From the human T2T-CHM13v2.0 reference genome, Homo sapiens: DNA of 64,000 nt. The DNA lies in the NCBI GenBank assembly GCA_009914755.4, contig CP068257.2, positions 16,096,001 through 16,160,000 on the forward strand, given 5' to 3'. A model generated the notes under the pieces. That model did not search any database, was not told the DNA's origin, and worked only from the letters and a program-made list of their open reading frames with translations. The position numbers and the translations under genes are program-made. Numbering within the stretch: position 1 is the stretch's first letter; each line of letters starts with the position of its first letter. This document shows positions 48,401 to 60,476 of this stretch, piece after piece.

Positions 48401-48828
48401 AGTAGTAACTATTCAGCACTTTACCACTTCCCTTGAATCTCTGACCCATTATCTTTTTCATCTTTCTCACAGAAAATAGAGGCAGCCATTTAAGTACTTT
48501 CTCAACTTACTCTCCAACAAATCTGATTCAAATACTTTCATCTGTAGTTTTACCTTCTCTCTAGTGTCAAAACCTGAGGTAATCCTAAACCTCTTCAAAG
48601 ACAAGTCATTCTCGGTGTGCTACTCTGTTCTGTGTCTTCAAACTGGGCTCCTTTGATTATTGCTACCTCTCTATCGTTAGCCTTTCTACTGGCTCTGTCC
48701 TCTTAGTATTTATTCATGTTCAAGTACTTCCCAACCTTAAAAAAATAACCTTGACCCAACATCCTCTTTACCTCAACTTCACTTCATAAAATTTTAAAGA
48801 CATCATACCTCAAATCCACTATCCTACC

Positions 48829-49223
48829 TGTCTTAGTCTATTTTATGTTGCTATCACAGAGTACTACAGAATGGATAATTAATAACAAACAGTTATTGAT
48901 TTGGCTTACAATCCTGGAGGTTGGGAAGTCCAAGGGCATGGTGATAGCATCTGGCAAGGTAGCAAGACTTCATGCTGTGTGATAACATGGTGGAAAGAGC
49001 AAGAGGATGTGAGCAAGCAAACAAGAGGGGGCTGAACTTGCTTTTATAACAAAGGCACTCTCATGATAACTAACCCACTCCGTCCATAACATTAATTCAT
49101 CCGTGAGGGTAGAGTCTTCATGACTTAATCACCTCTTAGTAGACTCCACCTCTCGATGCTGTTGCTTTTGGGATTAAGTTTCCAACACATGAACTTCAGG
49201 GAACACATTCAAATCATGGTACT
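48829..49223 (+). mobile_element. MaLR LTR (MLT1-type), sense
   Basis: tgtcttagtctattttatgttgctatcacagagtac...caatcctggaggttgggaagtccaagggcatggtgatagcatctggcaagg...cttgcttttataacaaaggcactctcatgataactaacccactcc...gagggtagagtcttcatgacttaatcacctcttagtagactccacctc...gggattaagtttccaacacatgaacttcagggaacacattcaaatcatggta. Matches the MLT1 consensus recalled from memory. Confidence 0.65.
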
Positions 49224-49650
49224 ACGTTGCATCCATATTACAATCTGTTGTGATCTACTTTTGCTCCCACAGGTCCATTAAAACTGTACTCCATGAATTT
49301 CTGGTTGCTAAATACAATGAACATTATTCAATCCTTATTCTTTCAATCTCTTGGCAGAATACTTTCCAGTTGACCAACAGAGTCTTGTTGGCTTTTATAT
49401 CCCTTAGACCCAAAGACTTACAGGGCTTGGCAGAGTTTCTGGCAACATAACGAAATCTGAAAATTGACGAAAGATTTAGAATGGAAAATAAGTGGATGCC
49501 AAATGGTGAAGGCTTTAAATGCTAAACTGTGGGGACTGGCTTTTGTTTTGTAGGCAGTGATAATCTAGAAAGGTCTCTTAGCAGGAAAGTAGCATTACCA
49601 CATCTTTTGGGAAGTAAATTCTGGGGCAGTTTATGGTTTGGAGCAGTGGT

Positions 49651-49654
49651 TTCC

Positions 49655-49686
<32 letters not shown>

Positions 49687-49974
49687 GAGACAAAGTCTTG
49701 CTCTGTCACTCAGGCTAGACTGCAGTGGCACAATCACGGCTCACTGCAGCGTTGACCTCCTGGGCTCAAGCAATCCTCCCACCTCAGTCTCTGCCCCACC
49801 AAGTAGCCAGGACTACAGGCCTATGCCATCATGCCAGGCTAATTTTTATATTTTTTGTACATACAGAGTCTTGCTACATCGCTCAGGCTGGTCTTGAACT
49901 CCTGGACTTAAGCAATCTACTGGCCTTGGCCTCCCAAAGTGCTGGGATTATAGGCATGCGCCAACGTGCCCATC
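49651..49974 (-). mobile_element. Alu SINE (older, AluJ/S-like), antisense
   Basis: 33-nt poly-T, then gagacaaagtcttgctctgtcactcaggctagactgcagtggcacaatcacggctcactgcagcgttgacctcctgggctcaagcaatcc ... cctcccaaagtgctgggattataggcatgcgccaacgtgcccatcc. Confidence 0.9.
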
Positions 49975-51667
49975 CTAAAGCACATTCTTAACAGGAAAAC
50001 TGACATCTGCATTACCAAGAGGTTTAATTTCTCTTCAGAATCTTCCCAGCAGATTCAGTTGACTCAAAAGGCAGCCCATGTGGCTGAGGGTTAGTTTAGA
50101 TATGCATTGGCTCTTAGCAGTTCACCTCTGGAAGTGAATTTCATAAGATCTCAGAGTAGAACACAGGACATAGACCCAGTGGAAGAGGTTAGGTTTAACA
50201 AGAGTTCTGAGTTGCAAGCTAGAGAAAGCAACTAGTTGACTTAGGCTATAAAGGAATTTATTCAATGGGGAGAGATCACCCAGAAGGCTGGGAAACCACG
50301 CAGGAACAAAGGTGATGTAATCAACTACTAGGATCACAGTCTAATGTACACAAGGCAATGGCTATTCAAACACCAATGTCAGGAACTTACCTGTTGTACT
50401 CACTGGATATGGGATAATGGCTGTTGTCCCTGCTGACAGTTAGCCATTGATGCCCTCAACACAGGCCTTCTCCTATCCAGTTTCTTTGCTTTACCAGTCA
50501 GGGCGAGGTGCCTCAGATACACAGGAGGTTGAAGTTTTTGCTTCTAGAGGTGGTGACTTGTGCCATCCAAACACTAGAAAGGGATTCAGACGTGGAAGAA
50601 CAGCAGAAAACCACAAAACCAAAATCAAAAATAGAAAATAAAACCCAAAGACATAAACTTGCAAGGATCCAATGCATCACTTTTATCAGATTCTAAAAGC
50701 AAAACCTTTCGAACAGGTTTTTATGAATTTAGAGTATCAATATATAAAACAGGCCTTGTTCTGCCTGCAGCTCCCCTTCCTATTCTATCCATCATCCACG
50801 TATGACTTGTCGGCCTCTAAGACACCTGCAAAGAATTTCTGGTCCTATGATACATTAAAAATTAGGGGAGAACAAACCATTTTACAAATAGTTTGAAAAT
50901 TCCCAAGAAGGCTGGGAAACTGAGCATGAGCAAAGCCTAACAAATTCAGGCTTAGAAAAGTTAGTTTCTCTTAATGTCAGTTAGTTAAAGCTAAACAGGA
51001 GCACTTCATTTGTAGTCTGGTACTCTTTCCAAACCAGACTCTTGGTCTCCATTTCCTCTCCTGAAAAACAAAGCAGTATGACTATTAGACTTTGAAGAGA
51101 CTTTCAAAAACGACAGATTCTTCTAGTACCCCACGAAATGTTTCAATTCTCCAGCAGTCCTTATTTTGTAATTTGCCTCTGAGCTTTTGTAAAATCATCT
51201 GTTTCCTAGTTTTAAACTGCTTGTTGCCATAAAAGCATCATATAAATGACTTTAAAAATCATTTGTGGAAAAAAAACTGGTAATGTAATATTCAGATTCG
51301 TAATGCTAACTAAAAGTGACCTTGAATATTTTGTTGTATTCCTATTTTAATATTTTTAAAGCCGATTTAAAAATATTCATATTCATATAAGCCCCAAACT
51401 AAAAACAACTCAAATGTCCATCAACAGGTGAATAATTAAATTATGATATATTCATACAAAGGAGCAGTACTCAGCCAAAAAAAGAAAAAAAAAAGGAAAT
51501 GAACTATGAACTATTACTGATCTTTGAGCTAACATGGATGAATTTTAAGAACATCCAGTGGAATGAAAAAAGCCTGGAGCAAATGAGCATATGCTGTATC
51601 ACTACATTTATGTAAAGTTTTTAATGCAGGCAAATGCAAAGTACAGTAATAAAGATCAGAACAATCA

Positions 51668-51960
51668 GGCCAGGCGCAGTGGCTCACACCTGTAATCCGA
51701 GCACTTTGGGAGGCTGAGGCGGGCAGATCACCTGAGGTCAGGAGTTCAAGACCAGCCTGGGCAACAAGGCAAAACCCCGTCTCTAGTAAAAATGCAAAAA
51801 TTAGCCGGGCATGGTGGTGTGCACCTGTAATCCTAGCTACTCAGGAGGATGAGGCAGGAGAATCGCTTGAACCTGGAGGTGGAGGTTGCAGTGAGTTGAA
51901 ATCGTGCCACTGCACTCCAGCCTGGACAACAGAGTGAGACTCCATCTCAAAAAAAAAAAA
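51668..51960 (+). mobile_element. Alu SINE (AluS/Y), sense, with a 15-bp TSD
   Basis: gccaggcgcagtggctcacacctgtaatccgagcactttgggaggctgaggcgggcagatcacctgaggtcaggagttcaagaccagcctgggcaacaaggcaaaaccc... with a poly-A tail. Direct repeat gatcagaacaatcag at 51654-51668 and 51962-51976. Confidence 0.95.
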
Positions 51961-52622
51961 GGATCAGAACAATCAGTGGAAGGGAAATAAAAAGTGAAGT
52001 GACTGCGAGGGGAACCAAAGGGAGTGATTGATGGCTCTACAGTTGCATACATTTGTTAAAATTCAAACAATACAGTAAAATGTTTGTGCTTACTGTATAT
52101 AAATTACACCCCAATTAAAAAAAATTGCATACACATCTAGTAAGTCACAGGCAACTTATTTCCTGCTTCTGTATTGTTGGGAAACAGAGAATATTAAGTA
52201 TCAGAGATAAGGTAAGATTATTACAAGAAATTGTCAGATAAGATCATTTATAGACTCCCTAAACCTGCAAAGCAAAACCATATAGACCCACTATTTAAAA
52301 AAATATAGCTACTTTTCAAAGCATCCACTCAAGCTAGCAGATAACAAAATACTTATTTTATTGTTGTAAAATTAAAAATAGTAGACAAGCATATATACAG
52401 TTCCCAAGCAGAGCAATACAAATATATAAATTATTGCAGTTTTCAAAGAAAATATAACAGCCAAATAATTGCCTACTTTTTTGAAACAAACTTGGTTTTT
52501 ACCACAGCAGTTTCATTTTCTTTTTCCAAAAGTCTTAACACAATTTTGTAAAGTAAATTTCTAACACCAGAGAGATTAAGTTCAATGACCATAGTATATG
52601 CTACTGTTTTAAAGCAAGGTTA

Positions 52623-52646
52623 ACACACACACACACACACACACAA
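52623..52646. repeat. (CA)n microsatellite
   Basis: acacacacacacacacacacacaa. Confidence 0.9.
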
Positions 52647-55600
52647 AATGGAACTGAACAAAAGTCACTACTTAATACTTTCTAAATTGCCTCTTTTGGA
52701 GGTACGGTGAAAGAAAAACATTCTAGATGCGTCTGAAAGAAACAAGGTACACACACTTACTAAAATTCCCCTTTGCTTTAGGTGTAGTTGAGGGAAGTTC
52801 AACTAATCTTTAAACCTTTTTTGGGAGAGGGCAATACTCATCTTCATGAATTTTTGTTTACTTTGGTAAACTTAAAATTGTGAAATAATTAAATATTATT
52901 AAAATGTATTAGTAATGTGGACTCAAACTAAAAAGAACAGGGAAAGTGTATGTTAACAAACTAGATGTTTTGGAGACTTGATATAATATGGTTCATATCA
53001 ATGTTACCATAGCCAGAAGTTGCTTAATAGGTTAGACTGCACCATAATCAAGGCAATTATGAAAGGATGAAGTGAAATGAAAATACTGAGATGCAAGCAT
53101 TATAGCCCTCCTCCAAGTTACCTTTATTTTGTGTGAGGGCTCTAGTATTCTGGTAAATAAACTCTTCCCTGCCCCATGACCACAAAACTTTACTTGGTAA
53201 GAATAAACTGTTGGGGGTTTTATCTCTTACTAATTCTCACCACAAATTTCCTCAAATAGTTACTCCCACCAACGTAAAAGTTAAAAATACAATCATACAC
53301 TGAAACGGCATCAATTATCTTTGCCTTACATCTGAACAAAAAGTATTAACTTTTTTATAGCGTATTACACTTCTTAATAAGCACTTAGTAACAACATTTG
53401 TCAGTAAATGAACTGGCATACATCAGAAAAAGTTGACAATAGAAGAATTTTACATGGTACCATTTCAAATTTTCATGTACAAGTAACCCACTTTATGGTC
53501 ACTAACCTGAACCTCCTAATAAGCTACACAAATAATTTACTCTTTAAAAATTCCTACTTTAGAGCATTTACATTTTATAATTTAATAATGAAAGCAGATT
53601 CTTCCAAAACAAAACAAAACCCAAACTGGGAAACATTAAAACACAAATAGATCTAAAAGCTTACTTTAAAAAAACTACAAAAATGGACTAACAAGCCTTA
53701 CCAGTGTAAACACTAAGGTAAAAAATATATAAACAACATAAAGAAAACACAAAACCATTTTCAGTCATAAATATAGTAAAATGAAAAACCAAATCTCAAG
53801 ATGCCTGTCAAGATATATTTGACTATATATTTTGACTATATTTCTGAAATCACTAACATGAACTTGACATTGAAAAAATAATCCTTAAATGTATATAAAA
53901 ATGGGCACTTTGTGGTAAAATGAACATGTGTTTTGAAAAACTAAGAATGTGTCTTTGCTCCACCATTGTGCATAGTCAACGACACAACAAAACACTATTC
54001 TGCTGCCTGAATCATCTATTACTGGAGTCTCAAGTGCATGCCTTTTAAAAAAGACTAATTTAGATATTAATATGAGGATCAAAGGATAAGATGATAATCT
54101 CAAAGTAAAACATAATTGATTTTTAGCTTCATTATAAGGCTGAACTTTAAAGAGAACAACCTGTGTGGTCAAAAACACTTTTCTAATTTTTAAAACTCAA
54201 TTTAACGTGTCAAATTATAAAACTGAACGTGAAAAAGATTTGTCTTATCTCACTCCCCTTAATCATATAAGCTCTGAAAATTTAGTAATGGATGACTGGC
54301 AGTCTGTTTTGCCACTTTTTAAACAGTAGTACATGAGATATGCTTCAAAACATTCTCAAAAATTACTAACAACTGTAGAGAATAGCCAAGTGTGGAAAAC
54401 AATATTTGTGATATTTCATGTTCTCTTGTTAGAACTCAACTCTGTACCTGATACTTATATTTGCATACACAGTAATTGCATATTTGATTAAGAAAACTAA
54501 CATAGGACTAAATTATAAGTTTACCAAACATTTGGATAAACTGCTGTGCAAAATACTTCAACAAAAAGTTTTTTTTACTAGGAACTCATCCAAATAAAGT
54601 AGTGTGAGTACCAGCACCACAAAGTTTTTTTTAAGAGCACCTCTCCTTTTTAGAGCTTAAGTAGAAATATCTAAATGGAATAAATCAGAGTCCCACTTAA
54701 GACCTTAGCACATGCACACGTTCATCCACTTGTTCCGTACTCATTAGTAAAGCTATGTATATTTGTCAGAAAACTCCTTTCTTTGGATAACACTGTTGTA
54801 TTCAGGACTGCAACTTATGGCTCATATTCTGGAAATATGCTACTACTGATATCAAATGCAACATATCCCCAACTTTTATGACTGTCCCTAACTCATCTAA
54901 ACACAAACCCAAATGTGTGCAAACACACTGGCTGGTAACAATCTTACTGAATTACGCCAAAAAAGAGTAAAGTCAAATTTGAAAATGTGGGAACAATTAA
55001 GCACTAAGATATTAATCAGGAAATGTATTTACCCAGCTTGTAAGTTTGAATATTTTGATATTGCACACATTTAATTTAAAGCTCATCAAAACTAAGGCAA
55101 TGCATCCATACTCCCTGGATTTTAAATTCATTTTGCATGACTTAAAGAATTGAGAGAAATCGAAAGCATCTTTCAAAAATTCCCTCCAAAAAGTAATGTT
55201 ATACTTCAAAGAAAAACAAAATCAACAGATATCAATTAATACCCTCAGGCCAATTTAACACGTCAGCATTACAAAAAGTTGTTTTCAATTAAACTGAAGT
55301 GTTTCTTTGCTTAAATACTTTCTTGTGTTCAACAACAAAATCTGACCCAAGCCAGGGTAGGCTGCCAAATTTAAGGCAAATGTCATTTATATCTTTATGC
55401 ATGAAGCTGCCACGTTACTGGGCTTTTCAGCAGATACTTTCAAGCAAGGATCTACCTCATAAGTACATTCTAAACATGAGTTAAAAACAGAATTTAGAGC
55501 CCATTTTAATTCTGCATTGGTTATAGCCTTTACTGTAATACATTATTAAAATTTATCTAGCTGTTTGGGACAATCTGTTAGATAAAAACTCTTTGGAAGC

Positions 55601-56632
55601 ATCATAGGCAACTTACGAGAACATTCTCTTAATACATAGGTTTATTTTTTTTTAATTAGGAGTTTTGCTTTTCTTCTGTAGAGCAATCCTATATTTCTCT
55701 ATAGAGTCTAAAGTTTAGAAAAATACCTCACAATGCTTTCTTTGAGCACTAAGTTCAATGATGGTGATAATACAATTTGGACAGTTTAAGTATTCTTGAA
55801 ACTTTACCCAAAGTGGCACACAAAATAATCTTACTTTTTTTTTTTCAAAGACAGAACAATTTCACAGCACACTCAATTTGAAGATAGACATTATATTTGA
55901 ATTGGAAGTGAGGCTTGACTTACTCTGTCCAAATTCTAATGCATCACAGTCATTGGTGTGAAGCTAATAATGAAAGAAGCAAGAGGAGGCTTTCATTTCT
56001 ATGGAGACAAATTGACATAGAAGCCAGATTAGTCTTTTCTTCCTGAACTAAGAACTGCTTTTGTTAGAAAACAAAATAATGTATTGTATTTACCTGAATA
56101 CTGCTTTAAAAAGTTATTAATTCTTCTTTTATAAGAGGTATTAGAAATTAAAACAACTCAGATTTCTAATCCAAAATATATTTATCTTTGGAAAGCAAGG
56201 TAACCGTTGTGAAAACATTGTATTAAGAGAATAAAATGCAGTGACCTGAAATATGGGTGAACATATTCACACATGATAATGTAAATAAATATACAGAACC
56301 ACCAATACACATTTATAAAGAGAATGGCAAAGTACCTAAAATAGCATTTTCACATATAAAATTTTTATATTAAAATATTGCTCATAATAAATAAGAGGTG
56401 ATATGAATTCCATTTCCCTCTTAAAAATTATCTCTAGTAGTTTACACTAAGGAGTTAATCTGTTGTTTTGACAGGTGAATTAAAATGTTTAATAAAATGA
56501 CACTGTAACAGTATATTTAAGTAGTCACATGTGATAAAATTTGTTTAGTAATTCTGGGAAAAAAGAGTCCCCAAATGAGCCAAAATGATTAGCCCTAGAA
56601 GACTAGAGTATAATGATCTGCTTTATTTGACA

Positions 56633-56638
56633 AAGATG
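56633..56638 (-). terminator. Candidate polyadenylation signal (AATAAA on the minus strand), downstream of the candidate terminal exon
   Basis: Plus-strand ctttatttgac gives minus-strand gtcaAATAAAg, about 135 nt 3' of the stop at 56772-56774. A second variant, ATTAAA, lies near 56485 (minus). Hexamers are frequent in AT-rich DNA, so this is weak on its own. Confidence 0.25.
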
Positions 56639-56771
56639 TTAAATACTGCCTTATGTTTGGCAAATTTAATGACCATAAAAAAACGGACCACAACTTTCTT
56701 CAAACTTCTTCAAAGTTTGCATGTCTGGGAGACCAATAAAGGGCAGGGCATACGAAGTAAGTCTGTTTAGG

Positions 56772-56938
56772 TCAGTTGTTTATGGGTAGGTGCGACTTCA
56801 TTCCTGTTCGCCCTACTTGCAGACATGGTAACTTAGAACAGTTCTTCAGAAGCTGTTCGATGGCAACGTGGCGGACATGGAGCTGTGAGGCCAAAGAATC
56901 TTTTTCTTGCACTTGGTGAGTTAACTCTTCAAAAACTT
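56772..56938 (-). CDS. Candidate terminal coding exon of an unidentified minus-strand gene (reads ...[55 protein letters not shown])
   Basis: Minus strand: tttttaaatcttttacag|AAGTTTTTGAAGAG... is a strong 3' splice site (polypyrimidine tract plus CAG). The open frame runs to TGA at 56772-56774. The segment retains five CpGs (ttcgcc, ttcgatggcaacgtggcggac) in a strongly CpG-depleted neighbourhood. No repeat homology recognised. Protein not recognised. Confidence 0.3.
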
Positions 56939-58086
56939 CTGTAAAAGATTTAAAAACTTTCATTTTTAGTATGCAGAAAGCCGGTGCTATGATTTATATT
57001 TCAAGAACTCTAACTGAAATCTATGCATTGGGCAAAGTGTCACAATGAAACTGATTTGATACCAAGGAAACAGTTCTGTTCTCTACAAAGCATATCAGTT
57101 CTGATCATCCTAGGCATCTGTATACTTTACATAGCCAAATGGAATTTGGCTCTTCTCCATCAAGTGACTACAGAGATACACAGCAAAAATGGTGGTTGCT
57201 ACTGTAGCTGAGCTACTTTTCTCAATTAGAATCTATAAACAGATTCAATTAGTACATAATGTGATTTATGGACAAGAAGTGCCTGTTAGTATTCAGGTCT
57301 GGAACCCCCTCTAAGAGGCTTTGGAATCAGACTACTAAGAGTTTTGAATCCTTGTTCCTACTCTTACGTGCCTCAGGCAAGCAACTTTTGGTTTCAATTT
57401 CCTTTTCTGTGTAACATTAATAATGATAGTAAGCACTTCACCAGGCTACTGTAAAAATTAAATGAGATCATATTTGTAAAGTACTCATAAATTTCTACTA
57501 CAACTATTATTGTGATTATTTTTATTATTCTGAGAGGCTGTGTGGTTAAGCTTTGGAGTTTAAATCCTTGATCTGCTACTGATTGGATGCATGATCTCTG
57601 TAAGCAACTTAACATCTCTGAAGTACAATTTTCTCATCTAAAAGGAAATAAATTGAAAAGGAGACAACTGCGGAATCTGAACATTAATTGTTAGTGTTAG
57701 CATTATACTTGATGACGTTAAGGAATTATTAACTTTAAATGGTGTGATAATGAGACTGTGACTGTTTTTTAAAAAGTTATCTCTTTTAGAGGAAATCCTA
57801 AACTATTTATGGACAAAAAACAGTGTGTTAGCTAGGATTTGTTTGAAAATAATCCATGCTACTGGTAGTGCAATGGGAATGGATGCAAGTAGAGATACTG
57901 ATTATTATGCCTTTGCTAACAGTTGAAGCTGGTGAAAATGGCTTAAAGGGTTCACTATACTAGTCTCACTACTTTTATATATGTTTGAAATTGTTTATAA
58001 TTTAACAAAAAAGACTAATATCACATGCCTTAAAGAACTGTTTGGGAGGACTCCCACATAGTGCCTGGTGCAATAGTGGGTAGTCA

Positions 58087-58419
<333 letters not shown>

Positions 58420-58822
58420 TTATTCTTTTTGCTCTGGAAACTCTAACAGGTTTGAATATCTCATTTCCAAATTTAAATGTAGATAAAGCCAGTGGTGTCC
58501 TATCATAGATGATTTTCTACGTCAAAATTTGTCACACACAAAAAAGTACTGACAGTGATTCTTACCCTGGATTTGCTGTAGGAGCTTTGCATTCAGTTGC
58601 TCTACCTCACCAAGAGTCATCGAATTCACTGAAACATGAAAATGTATTCACTATTACCACAACAACCTAGGAAAACATGCTGCTTACATCACCAACACAA
58701 TATCCTATTTTTAAAAATCAGCACTTAACTGCCAACACAACATTCAGCAGTACTCCAGTATTCAACCATTAACGCTCGTAAGTGTGGAGTAGAAGTTTTC
58801 AAACCCTGACCACAACCCATGG

Positions 58823-59179
<357 letters not shown>

Positions 59180-59939
59180 TAAAAGTTTCACCAAAAAATA
59201 GTAGTAGGTCCAATGAATTCTGGTATCTCCTATTCGGTTTCAGTTTTTAAAAAGTGTTAGTCACTACCCATTAAGCTTATTTTGATTAAGCATTAGATAG
59301 TTTATAACCTGCAGTTTGAAAAATAAATTTGTCTGTCTAGATGTAGAATCTTAAATAATTCACATTTAGAATCAAGAAGTTGTATAACAAGATAGCAGAG
59401 GTCCCTTCTGGCTCTGAAAACATGATTTCAAGACAATTAAAATCACCTCAGCTTCTGTAAATTTTTGTAGAAATAGATGTAGAGAGAATGAGTCACCCTT
59501 TCTAACTTTACAATAAGTGTACACATTACCTTTGGCCTTTAGTAAAATGTCACATTTTTGCTTCTGAAATGCCACCACCAGTCAATTAGTCTTACAGGGA
59601 TCAGCAACATGACAATGTGTATTAGCCAACAGATGAAGCTGTACTTCTAAACTATACGAGTCCTAGATGTTCCAATTCACAGTTTGTTGATTCCATTTAG
59701 TGTAATCATTTTAAATGGCAAAACAAACATGGAAATTGCTTAACTTCAATGCTTAGAAGACAGAATCCCAGTGAATGAAAAATTTTAAGATGTCTCATTT
59801 TTGCTAAGGTGAACCTGTTAAATACAATGTTTCCCAAATCTATGATTCCACAGCAAAATTCTTGACCCATTACACATCTATACAAATGTACAAAAATCCC
59901 AAACCACCCAACTTTTACTTTTCTCCCCATTTTACTTAC

Positions 59940-60476
59940 ATTCCTCTCTGCTGTAATGTGGATGCTGGGTCTGGACATTAGCCTCTGGACTAGAGATTGT
60001 CTCTTCTTTTTTCTGTGCCTGGTTGTGACTATGAGGCCACAATACACTGTTACGACATAAAGTGGCACCTGAATCTTGTAACATAGAAAGTCCAAAGTCT
60101 GTATTTTCCCTCTGCTCCAAAATTCTTTGTGTACAGTTAGAGATGCCACCTGCACTTCCATCTATCCATTTTGCAGAATATTTTGGTACTTGGGAGTCAA
60201 ACTGTGGGAGTAATTTTTCTTCTGGCTTATGCCTGAAATTAAACAGATGATGCTGGGGCTTTTTAGAACATTCAGAATCTGAATCCAGATCCTTATTTTG
60301 TGCATACTGCACAATCCAGTTTATCTTCTTACTCAAAATGGTTTTAACTTCTTCATAAGTACTTTTTGAAAGCTTAGATCGAGGACAACCCTGGTTTGCA
60401 ATTAAATGGTATTTTTCAAAGCAGTCTTTATGGCCCCTTAATGATTTGGTGTGCAAGAGATCAGACTTTGGTACCC
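59940..60476 (-). CDS. Candidate internal coding exon (537 nt, 179 codons, phase 1-1) of an unidentified minus-strand gene
   Basis: Minus strand: tttgtttctctttttttttccatag|GGGTACCAAAGTCTGATCTC... is a strong acceptor with a long pyrimidine tract. The frame stays open for 178 codons ([178 protein letters not shown]). It ends at ...GAGGAAT|GTAAGTaaaatg, a perfect GTAAGT donor. This is the longest non-repeat open frame in the window. Two CpGs are retained. Protein not recognised from memory. Confidence 0.4.
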
